Shown here: one piece after another, positions 13,019 to 23,945 of the stretch
How the letters are laid out: every line of letters begins with the position of its first letter
How positions within the stretch are numbered: the stretch's first letter is position 1
DNA from: Epiperipatus broadwayi
Lineage: Eukaryota; Animalia; Onychophora
NCBI GenBank assembly: GCA_028023455.1
Contig: JAQFVV010000007.1
Location: forward strand, 17,980,001 to 18,044,000
Direction of reading: 5' to 3'
Length of the DNA: 64,000 nt
Translations under genes and position numbers: made by a program
The notes under the pieces: generated by a model
Told to the model about the DNA's origin: nothing
The model's database searches: none
What the model saw: only the letters and a program-made list of their open reading frames with translations

Positions 13019-13153
13019 ATAATATTAATATCATCTATGTTCTTTATTACAAAAAGTTCTGAAGAAGATTGTTGGGGCAATCGAAACTGTCAATATTGGT
13101 TGTAGAAAAACATTGTAAAAAGTAATAAAGATCATAGCTGATATTAATATTAT
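13019..13153 (+). ncRNA. Family P hairpin element with intact minimal hammerhead core
   Basis: Arms 13019-13050 and 13122-13153 (30/32). Loop: AAAAGUU CUGAAGA(13059-65) A GAUUG-UUGGGG-CAAUC GAAA(13083-86) CU GUC(13089-91) AAUAUU. Confidence 0.75.
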
Positions 13154-13959
13154 GTGGATTTGGCAATGCAATAAGATAGTTATTTTGATTATAAAGAGCA
13201 GCTGCTGGTTTGTTTTATTTAATAGTTTATGGCTAAAGTATTTTGCAGCATTATTCAATTAAGTTATAGCTTGAAGAATTGAAATAATGTTTTCTATTCA
13301 TTGTTAATAAAATTATTTGATCTATAGTGTATTAATTGAATAGATAAACAATTGTTCAAAAAATGTTATAATAATATTTATATTTCAATTGTAGAGAGCT
13401 TCTGCTGTTGATAAAGGTAGTGACTGCCAATTGCTATGTGCGAGATATTATCAATGATTAATATGAAAACTCACACGCGAATGTAAATTTATAAACTGGT
13501 ATTTTATTGAAAATGTAATTTGTGTAAAAGTTACATAAGCATGATCAGAAAATGAGTTGCAGATCAGATCAAATGAGTTTTGAGGTTCCTAGAAGATTAA
13601 AAGATCAATGAGATAAGATCTCTGCCCTTCAAGGAATGACATAGCATTTGGAGAATAAAGAAAAGTAGATGTAGTAAAGGTAGTTAATCAAGCCTTAGTT
13701 TCAAACCAAATGATACCTCATTATAAGTACAGTTGAAGTCATCAAACATGATGGCCATGCCAGACTTACATAAAAAAGTATCTTGGCCAATGAAAAAGTG
13801 CCTACTATATCTTTGGCTTTTTAGCCTAAATATATTGCCATAAGGTAATGCTACTGTGAGTGAAAGATAAAGAATGATCATATTAAAAGATTAAGAATAT
13901 TATGTTTAATCCTGCCAGTAAAAGATGTGTACTTATAGATATCTTGAGCTGATCTATTA

Positions 13960-16300
13960 ATATATCCAGACAAGCTCATTTTGGTCTTTTTAATTCCTTC
14001 AATGATATCAGTAATACCTGTTTTTCCTCTTATTTATACATTTTCATTTTTGATCTCTTCTTGTTATTCCTGACATACATCTCTTCATACTATGATTAGT
14101 GTTTTGAAAACTCTGTATTGCTTGTTTAAGTCTATGATTAATTTCATCCATTATGTTTTCTTTTATATTAATAATTTGAACAGGATATTTATAGTTATTA
14201 ACTTCTTTTATTACATGGTTATCAATATTTATTTATTTTTTCTTAGGAAATCCATTGAATATTAATTACTTTAGTTTTTTTATATAACATTTGTTTTTAA
14301 TTCTACTTTTTTACTTTTATTTGACAACTCTTTCATCATTTTCTGAAACTCTGAAGCATTACTTGCAAAAAATAATCATATCGTTTGAAAAATCTATTAT
14401 TTAAACAATCTCCATTCACTTTTACTCTCTTAGCTTTTAATTTTAAACCATGAAACTGCTGAAAAACTTTTAGAGATAGGGAATCACCCTGCCATACACT
14501 TTACCCAATAACATTCTTCTTAATATCACAATGCAATTTAATCATTGATATTGCACTTTGATAAATATTTTTCCGAATATCACACTGTATTGGGTCTGTA
14601 TTATGATGATCCAATATTTTAATTACTGTAAAAATGCTTATAGAATCAAATATCCTTTTATAAATTTCATAATCTACAAATAGAAAGCATCATAGTAATT
14701 CATAATGTTATTTTTTTCTATAATTACTCTTAATACTTGGATATGATCCATTATTCTGAAACCACTTTTACACCCAACTTATTTCACTGGTTGGTTTGAT
14801 TTCAAACTTTGCTATAAAGATTTTATAAAGAACTGATAAAAGACAAGGTCTGGAATATGTTCCTTATCATCTATTTTAACTATCAATATTACTAGTACAT
14901 TATTCCAATCGTTTGATACATTTGCATCATTTAAACATTTTGTTTATAAGTTTGCAACGATTTTTCTATTTCTTCATCTGCTTAATTTTAAAATATCAAT
15001 AACAATTCTATCTTTTTCTGAAGTTTTTTTCCATCACAGATTTAATTGTGATTCATTGCTTTATATAAAATTCTGGTAATTCAGGTGTAGTAACTCCAGG
15101 GAATACTTTATTTTCTTGTTTTGTATTAATTTTCTGTAGAACTTCTTAAAATATTTCATGATATCACACCTCTTTTTAGAAATAGCTCCATCTTTTCTTC
15201 TTATGACTGAACAACTTTCCAATACCAAGATGTTGTTTTATACTTCATATTTTCTTCTGTAATTTCTTTTGTCAATTCACAATTTTTTTTTTGTATCACT
15301 ATCATCTCTTTTTCATTCCATTTTACAAAATTCCAGATATTCAGTTCTTCTTAATGAAATCCTTTTTAGAAATTTTAATATTCCTTCATTTTTCTTACAT
15401 TGTGTTGTCTCATAGAAAATTTATTGGTATAATGCTGATTTTTTACTAGTTATTTTTTTTTCTGTTTTTAATAGTGTATAAGTTCTCTTCTTACTGATTT
15501 CAATTAAGTCTGGATCATCTTCATGTCTGTTAATATTTTAAATTGGTAACAAATTTTAATTTAAATTTATTGGAATATTTCCGAGAATTAGAAATATCAG
15601 TTAATAACTCTCTTTCTTATTAGTTTCCAGCATTCTACTTTTGCATTAACACATGCCTTATATCTCACTTATCAATTATCACTTCCTGCATTAAATCTAT
15701 TAAGAATATTATACTCTTAAAATACATATCATATAGAATCAAAATATAACCTAATTCTGCAGTACTTTCAGTAGAACAATTCCATGTCTACTTAAGCTTA
15801 TCATTTTTTTCAAAAAAAAATATACAGGTTTTTCCCTGTGAACATATGTCCATGTTCTCTTTTGTATCTATTACTATAATCAAATTTACCACACTGCATT
15901 TTCATTTTTCAACTGTTTATTAATCCAGCATTAAAATGTCCTATTTCAATTTTAAAATGTTGTTTGGTTTGATCAAAAGATTTTCTAAATCCATATTAAA
16001 ATCTTTTACTTTTTCACCACAATAACAACTTCTTGGAACATTATACCTTTTATTAAGTTGAATAACTAATCAATCTTGCTACACTCAGTGATATACTGCC
16101 AATCATCAATCTCCCAAAAATTATTCTGATTTTTATTTATAATCAGTCCCTCTCTTTGTGTTTTTAATATTCATGTCTTTAGTGTCCAGTACATGGCCAC
16201 TTTTTTAATCAATTGTTTCTTCATCAAAGTGTTTTATTGAGTATCTAAATTAAAAGTAATCATTGGAGAACAGCCAGGATCCACAAGCAGGGACTATACA
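13960..16300 (-). mobile_element. Old, degraded near-full-length RTE LINE copy
   Basis: Colinear similarity to 33500-36070 throughout (RT and APE segments); no intact ORF. Confidence 0.75.
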
Positions 16301-16339
16301 ACTTAAGGCTACAATTTATAAGTTTATGTGACATGATAA

Positions 16340-17965
16340 AATGTATTATCTATCTATATTTGATTGAAATACAAGTATAATTTATATACTTGGAGTTTAA
16401 ATATAATCATAAGGGACTTGACAATATTCTTTCAAGTTCCCTTCAACTATAATATCTATCTCATATAACCATACATATGACCACACACATGTGAGAAAGA
16501 TAAATGATCTCCAATATATGTATTTTGTGCAAGTTTCTTATGGCTACATCTAAACTCCAACTATATAAATAATAATTGTATTCAATCAAATATTACAAAT
16601 TCAGTCTGTATATCATCCAGTCATCTTCTATGTATTTAAATGGATAATGTTATATACATGAGGGATAAGAATAACTTAAAATCAACATGGGCATAACAAT
16701 AACATTGGCATCAGCAAGAGATTTGGGTGTTCCATCATCAGATTTTCAATGGTATAGATAACTGAAGAGTTGGAGGCAGAGTAAATTGAAGTATGTCCAT
16801 TAAAGTTTGAATATTTGCTATCTTAAAATAAACCAAGCACTGATTACATATATATGTGGGAGTGATAATCTGGACCAACTGATGAGTACTGGTTCAGCAT
16901 GAAATATATAGAGATTTATTTTACTCATATGCATGTGGTCATGTGTATCTTATGAGATAGAGCAGATAGCTGAAGAGAGCTTAAAAGTAGATGTTCAAGT
17001 CCCTTATGGTTAAATCTAAACACAATATATAAATTATATTTGTATTCAATCAAATATTACAAATTCAGTTGTATTCTTTCCATCCCTCTTCTGTGTATTT
17101 AAGTGGTTAAGTCCCATATATGAGGAATCAGAATGATTTAAAAACAATATGGGCATGACAGTAGTATTGTCATCAACAAGGGAATTGGGTGTTCCATCAT
17201 CAGATTTTCAATGATATCAATGATTGAGGAGTTGAAGGGTGGAGTATATTGAAGCTTGTCCATTACAGTTTGAATATTTTCTATTTTAATATAAACTTAG
17301 CACTGATTATATATATATGTATGATAAATGATAATCTAGATCAATTGTTGACTGCTGGTTCAGCATAAAATATGTATACTGAAGATCATTTATCTTTTTC
17401 ACATGTATGTGGTCACATGTATCAGTTGTATAGATGGAGCAGATAGAAGGGAGCTTGAAAGTCTATGTTCAAGTTCTTTATGGTTACATATTAAAATCCA
17501 AGTATATCAATTGTACATGTATTCAATTAATTATTAGAAATTCAGACTGTACCCTGACCATCCCTTTTCTGTGTATTTAAATAGATAAGGTCCTATACAT
17601 AAGGAATCAGAACATGGGCATGACAATAATATCAGCATCAACAAGGGATTTGGGTGTTCCACATTAAATTTTCAATGGTATTGATGATAAAAGTTGGAGG
17701 GAGAGGATAGATTGAAGTCTGCCCATTAAAGTTCGAAGATTTGCTGTCTTAATATAAACCAAGTACAGCTTATATATATGTGTGTGGGAAATGATGAGTG
17801 GACCAACTGATGAGTGCTGGTTCAGCATGAAATACTTATATTAAAGATCATTTAGCTTTTTCACATGCACGTGGTCATGTGTATCAATTGTATGAGATAG
17901 AGTAAATAGCTGAAGAGAGCTTGAAAGTCTGTGTTCAAGTCCCTTATGGTTCTATATATAAAAAG
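16340..17965 (+). mobile_element. Family R tandem array: three ~465-bp monomers, each with an HHR motif, preceded by an inverted partial monomer (~16340-16532)
   Basis: HHR cores at 16879 (CTGATGA), 17345 (decayed TTGTTGA) and 17807 (CTGATGA), with spacings 466 and 462. Shared blocks such as TGTATTCAATCAAATATT, CATGGGCATGACA and GTGTTCCATCATCAGATTTTCAATG recur in each unit. Confidence 0.85.
17790..17860 (+). ncRNA. Type I hammerhead ribozyme motif (best-preserved core in the array)
   Basis: GGACCAA CUGAUGA GUGCUG-GUU-CAGCAU GAAA(17829-32) UACUUAU A UUAAAGAUCAUUU. Core and helix II are intact; helix I is partly decayed. Confidence 0.75.
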
Positions 17966-18044
17966 TTTTATATTCATATTAACCCTGTCTTCAATAAAAA
18001 TTCAATTGATATTTCAGTTAAGAACCATCAGGCAATTAGAAAAA

Positions 18045-18190
18045 ACAAAAACATGTTTTTGATCTTAAACTCTTGTGAAAAACCAAGTAACCATGTTTGG
18101 AGAGCAGTTCATCCACGTTTGTTAAATGTATTGAATAATCACATGGCAATAATACATGTAGGGACCAGAACTAGGGACCAGAAATTATGG
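18045..18190 (+). repeat. Dispersed ~200-bp repeat family, unclassified (other copies ~27290-27450 minus and ~36250-36440 plus)
   Basis: Shared TTTTTGATCTTAAACTC...TGAATAATCACATAGTAATAA between the three loci. Confidence 0.6.
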
Positions 18191-18689
18191 CATGTATAAT
18201 ATAAATTTACCCTACTCAGTTCCTTTAATGCTTCAAAGAGGAATCAAAGGGTATTCTTAACAACAGGCACCTTTCTACAGACACTACAATATATATCAAT
18301 GCTTATTTATAGAATGAAGATGAAGTCTCCACAATATCTTGTATAAATAAAAATAAGCTATTAGAAAAAAATAGAAGAGTTTGCTAATAAATAGCAATGT
18401 GTAAGCCAAAATTAGGTGATGTGTTGTTGATATTGGATTGATCATTAGTTTTGTACCAATTCTGGCCAGAGAATGAAGATTTCTAAGATTATATAAAAAA
18501 CTAAGATTATCATGATATATAGAAACTGAAATAGTTTTTCAATTTGGATAGTAGCTAGATAATATAACAAAAAGTAAAAATGGATGCTAGAGAAAAGAGG
18601 CATTAAGTACCTAGTTCAAAAAAATCCAAAAAGCTCATCATTGATGAAAAACATAAACTAGAAACTAATCTGAAAATATGTGGCTAGGA

Positions 18690-19082
18690 CAGGGATCCCC
18701 AACCCTATGCCCATGGGCACCATGTGACCCGCAGACCAAAATGTGCTTGCTGCTATCCGAACATGATAAAAAATTATTTATCTGATATAAATAAATTTAA
18801 TTTTTAAAATTTCTTATAAATTATTGTATTATATTGTCATCAAATTGTAGGGCATACTATACTTTTACAGCATAAAAATATAAACGTTAATTATAAGTTA
18901 AAATTTTATTTTTGAAATAAATATTTTTTTGTACATTATGTGTATTATTAACAATATCCAACTATAAATTTACATTGGAAAAATAAATGGTGCCCCCACC
19001 TGGTTGAAAAAATAAATGGTGCCCGCCACCTGGCCGGTATTATAGAATGTGCTCTTAAGTGCAAAAAGGTTGGGGACTCCTG
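18690..19082. mobile_element. hAT-superfamily MITE (393 bp)
   Basis: TIRs CAGGGATCCCCAACC / GGTTGGGGACTCCTG; perfect 8-bp TSD GGCTAGGA at 18682-18689 and 19083-19090. Confidence 0.92.
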
Positions 19083-19336
19083 GGCTAGGACAATGTTGGA
19101 TAAGGATTTATTGAGCACTACTATCTGACATCTATTCATTACTAAAATTTACACTGGGTGGTATAAAAGTCAGAAAACATGAAAAAAAATTTGATAATGG
19201 GTAACTATATATAAGCTAAGACCAGTTGAGTCAAGTGATGTTTTAAAAGAAGCTCTGATATTGTAAATCTAATCTCATTTAATTTAGATTGTTCTATAAT
19301 ACATTGTACAGGCTTAACACCTACATTTATATATGT

Positions 19337-19555
19337 AATATATGTGGAGTTCGAACTCAGACTTTCACATGACCCACAACTCTCAGTGCCATCTTATATT
19401 GCTGACACCTGATCACACACACATGTTGAAAAGATAAATAATGATCAATATTCATATTTTGTGCAACATGTGTGTGATCAGGTGGGTCAGCAATATAAGA
19501 TGGCACTGAGAGTTGTGGGTCATGTGAAAGTCTGAGTCCGAATCCCACATATATT
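19337..19555. repeat. Long palindrome (92-bp arms, 35-bp loop) derived from a family R relative
   Basis: 19337-19428 and 19464-19555 are near-perfect reverse complements. GAACTCAGACTTTC and GAAAAGATAAAT...TATTTTGTGC match family R. Confidence 0.85.
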
Positions 19556-20229
19556 GTTCTATAATGTTTTTTTTCCATGTCCATGCTGATTTTTTCCATG
19601 TCAGTGAGTTTAAGTTTAAAATCAAGCTATAAAATGAAGGTTTTTAGTAACCAGCTTCTGGCTAACCAATTTGAGATATAATTATTGGTAAGTAAATGGG
19701 TATTTAATCATTATCAGCCAGCAGATAAATGTTCCAGGTAAATCTGAATTGGCTATATGGGTATCAGTGGGCCTGATTGCAGAATAAAACTTGATTATAA
19801 TATGATATAGACTTCACACCCTCCCTTTCCTCTCCTTGCGTTCATGTGTGCTCTTTAAAGTTTGCTGGCTTGTTCCTTTTTTTTATTTGTTGCTAGTCAC
19901 TTTTGAATGTTTTTTAGTCTATTTTTATTTGCTATTGGGGGGGGGGTAATCTATATACCTGCATTTGTTTTGCACTTATTGTTTTTATTGATTACTACCT
20001 TTTAATCATACCTGCCAAAAAATTCTATATAAATAATTAATGCATACACAAATACATATATTATGTATGAATTAATAAATTCGGAGGCATCTATTTTTTT
20101 TTGTTGTTGTTGTGGAAGCACATACTAAGTTTGTATATAAAGAAAAAAAAGATTTTTAAAAATCTATATTAAATTGGTTTTACGCCTTTAACTTTCTGTT
20201 TTATAAATGCTTTCTGTATAGTTTGTACA

Positions 20230-21120
20230 CTAAGCTTTTGACTTGTATTTTATTCGCCGGATTTTAAAATTGCTGACAAGCTGTGTCTATAAATTTACGT
20301 CTATCTTCGGGGAAAATGCCGCGACTCGAAATCCTACAATGCCGGCGCGCCTTTATCATCAGACGCAGAGCTGCCGCCTCCAACCCGTGCCGTCCCATGA
20401 AACTCAATATGAACCGGCGGCACTAAAGTTGAGAGACTTCTTCGGAGAATGTTAAGCGGGAAAGGATCATTAATTGTCGGAGGTATAGAAGGTTTTCAAA
20501 GGGCGAGTTTGTTCGTGATGACAGAGACGGTATAGCGATGAAGTAATTGACCATTTGCGTGACTCACGCTATCGCAGCTTGTGTATAAGCTTTGAAAGTC
20601 GTCTGCCAACTCACCCTTGCATTTCAACTAGCTGCGCCCCCCTCCCGCTTTCGCAGGAAGTTACTTTGAATTTTGACACGGTAATGTTACGGCACTCATT
20701 TAAAAGCGCTTAACTGTTTTTTTTTCCCACGTGATAATAATAACAGAAAAAAAAAAGTTTAATTTACTATATGTTTATCTTATCGAAAAAGTAATCGAAC
20801 GCTATCCGTTGGAATTCAAGCTTCCGTAACTAGTGGAAGTGCAAATCCGTCGCAAAAGTACCATACGTGACTGATAAGCCACGGGGCTTATTATTTATTG
20901 TCTGCGGCCTCGTAATCGCCGCGGGAAGTGAGAGGCTTGATTACATTTTACTGACTTTTCCTCCCCTGCAAATAGTTTTGTCTCGCTAGTGCAAGGCGGC
21001 AGTTATTCTCCCTGCGGGACTAAGGACCGTAGTCGAGGTAGCTTTTATTTATTATTATATATATTTTTTCTCCCAAACCTTTCTGTAAAAGTGCCTTGAC
21101 CAAAGTAATAATTTTAATGT
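20230..21120 (+). promoter_or_regulatory. CpG-rich promoter/5' region of the SAND-domain gene
   Basis: Abrupt appearance of abundant CpG against a CpG-depleted background, directly upstream of the ATG; E-box CACGTG at 20728-20733. TSS not determinable. Confidence 0.75.
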
Positions 21121-21124
21121 AGAA

Positions 21125-21802
21125 ATGTCGAAATTAAAGAATGGAGAGGATTCATGTGAATCTACCGGTCAGAGTGGTGACGGCGATAGTGTGACGTCTG
21201 AGGCGGAAGCAACAAATATATCCGTAGCAACTACGGACGCTCTGACTCGTTCTAAAGCTGCTTGGAACTCCACTTCTCCGGCAAATGACCACTGCCAGTC
21301 GGTTCCAAAACACAACAATGAAAATTTAAAATCCAAGCTTCCTGGCGGAACCCATAATTTTACTCCTTTCGCATCGGCTTTTTTAATGTATAATCGTGGA
21401 CATTGGTTACGTCCTGCCGCACCTGTTTCGCGAGAGATGGCTGATACGATTCCTTTTGGCCAGGACGAATATACCCACATTGATATGTCAGCCTATGAGG
21501 ATTACTTAAAACCTATATATAAAGACGGAGATGTATTATTGGAAATTGAATGCGGAGAAAATAAAGCTATGCTATACTTATCGAAACTGTGTCAAGGAAG
21601 TAAAGGTCCTTGTATCTTATTTGACGACATGTGGCTTACTCCGAATGAATTTCAGTATATAAGTGGACGCGAGACAGCTAAGGATTGGAAACGTTCTATC
21701 AGACATCACGGTAAAAGCATGAAGCTTTTGCTTTCGAAAGGAATACTAGCGGTGCATCCACCAATTTGTGATTGTGAAGGCTGCCGAATTAGCTCGCCGG
21801 TC
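21125..21802 (+). CDS. First coding exon (226 codons, phase-0 donor) of a SAND-domain transcription/chromatin factor
   Basis: LLEIECGENKAMLYLSKLCQGSKGPCILFDDMWLTPNEFQYISGRETAKDWKRSIRHHGKSMKLLLSKG is a SAND domain (KDWK at 21680-21691), followed by HPPICDCEGC. Canonical donor GTC|GTAAGT at 21802/21803; the ORF-track stop two codons later is intronic. The gene continues beyond. Confidence 0.9.
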
Positions 21803-22239
21803 GTAAGTTAATTTATTATTGATATTACAATTTTTAATAATAAAAAAATATATATACCTACATTGACTTATGAATGCATATATATGTCCACACACATACA
21901 AACTGACATATAATCGCACACATCTTTGAATATACGATTATAAATAAATGCACTCTCACACATATGACTACTTTTATGTATCCACAACAATTTAAAGCAG
22001 ATTAAGTGGGAATATACTTTTCTTGCTATTTGCCGTTTTTTAACCATAACACAGTTTTTGTTTTGATGACGTCACTGTATTTATTATCAATAAACCAACT
22101 AATTTAAAATTATTTTCAGAATGAATGTTTTATTTTTTCTGTTTTAATTAATGTGTTACTTAAGTATTAGATTTTTTTCCTACGTGAATATTATTTGATG
22201 TTTCTTTTAATGCATTTTTTGCTTTCTAATATGCGTACA

Positions 22240-23290
22240 CATAGTTTTTTTTTTATTACGTCTGTGTTATGCATACCGCTCTAACGATATTGTCGGAACG
22301 GTGGCCAAGGCTGGGTGAAAAGGGGAAACACGTGACCTCTTGTCTCCACACAAATTTTATTTTGTAATGCTCTACCAAGCAATAATTTTAAACGCTTGAA
22401 AATTTTTACGACATAAAAGTTTTTTCGTATATACAAGTAATAAAAGAAAAATCTAAATACAGAAAACTACTGTAAATAAATTAAAAAAGAACATAGCTTT
22501 ATATACGTATAGTTTATAAAAAAGTTTTCGATAAAGGATCGCCTTGTTGTGGGCTGATCGCAACGAGTGATGATTGTAAACAGTTGATACAATTTTCTTA
22601 TGTGAATACGAGTGTAGTTATAAGTCGTTACAAAGTTGGTAATTGTCTTTTACAATTAATTTGTCGCAATACTCATGGATGCTATCCATAAGAAAACATA
22701 TTTTGCTTATAATGTATATCAGTTTTCGTTATTCTACGTACAATTACGGTTTTATTTTTATAATTAGAAAAATGATTAAATATCAAGACTGCGATCGTGA
22801 CTAGAATAATAATGCGAAGTCTAAACGTTATTGAACGGAAATGCAGAAACCAGCCTTCCGTATTTGAATCTACACGCAAAATTTCGTTCATGTGAGAGAA
22901 ACCAAATTGAAACCGAAACTTTCAAAGGGGAAACGTTTACGGCCAAAGGATTTTTGAAGCTAAGGAAACAAAGAGGGGGGTGGGGGTGGAGGTTATAAAA
23001 TAAATATCCCAATCCTCGTCGAATCGAGCGGCAGCTTCTTAGGCAAGTCACGTGAGGTGACCTCCCGTGGCAAAACGTGTTTGAATGAGGGTCCTGGGGG
23101 CGAGTATGCGTGCCGAAGCTGGTTTCGGAGCTTTCTTCGCAGGCAAGCAAGCGAAGATTACAAATCTAGAAGTAAACCAGAACAATTATCATGGTCGGTG
23201 ACCCTTTTATACCTTTTGCCAATTTATAATATTATTTAATGTTTATTAATGAAAATTGCTCGTCGGCTGCTTGATTGGTAGCAAAGATTT
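22240..23290. promoter_or_regulatory. Second CpG-rich block in intron 1 (enhancer or alternative promoter)
   Basis: High CpG; CACGTGAC at 22329, GTCACGTGA at 23047-23055, G-tract at 22975-22992, TATAAAA at 22994-23000; perfect CRE TGACGTCA just upstream at 22067-22074. Confidence 0.55.
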
Positions 23291-23689
23291 TTAAGGGAAT
23301 GAGGGGAATAATTTTCGGTAGAAAGATTATTTTTATAAGAATGTACATTGCTCATTCGCACAAAATATTAATTTTTTAATAATTAGAAAATTACCTTTTT
23401 TTAAAAAAATCAAGGTGCCATTAAAACCAAACCTGTTAAATATTAGTTGGAAAAAAATTAACTGTTACTTTTTAATTATGAGAAATATATATATAGAACT
23501 ATTATTTGAACATAATAATTAGAAATTTAGTCTTATATATATATATATATATGCAATTATTTTTTATTTTTAAAACAAAAATTATAACTAATTTTTGATT
23601 AATAATGTTTTGATACCAAAAAATAAATAATAGAATTTAAAGATACGAAAAAAAAAAAAAGAACAGACAGATATCACTATCAGTGAGAA

Positions 23690-23945
23690 AACTGATACTG
23701 AAATGGAGATGAGGTAGATGGAACTTATTCTTAGAAAAGATGATAATAATGGACATGTGAAGTCTTTAACTGAATATCAAAAGATTGTAAGAGACCTAGA
23801 AAAAGGCTTCATGTGAGATGGATAAATAAAATAAAAAAAATTATTGATGTGAAAAATAAAATGCTATGGATAAGAGAAACTGGATTAAACTTGGAGAGAT
23901 CTTCATATGCAATGAATCAATAATATTTTTAAATTATGATGATAA
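23690..23945 (+). mobile_element. RTE 3'-end remnant
   Basis: Reverse-complement similarity to 33270-33500 (TGGATTAAACTTGGAGAGATCTTCAT...GATGAT). Confidence 0.65.

Noticed and set aside
17910-17929. Second HHR-like string in the family R monomer, CUGAAGA GAGCUU GAAA GUC (also at 16970)
   Set aside because: CUGAAGA is not conserved in other copies (CAGAAGG, TTGAAGG, TTGAAAG), and there is no helix I or III pairing.
20243-20455. 70-aa ORF in the promoter island
   Set aside because: Starts at a non-ATG codon, has no recognisable domain, and is expected in GC-richer DNA.
20455-20472. GCGGGGAAAGGATCATTA resembles the 3' end of 18S rRNA (GCGGAAGGATCATTA)
   Set aside because: No upstream 18S helix (GTAGGTGAACCT) and no ITS/5.8S; chance match within the promoter.
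21169-21480. 103-aa antisense ORF
   Set aside because: Shadow of the GC-richer SAND exon.
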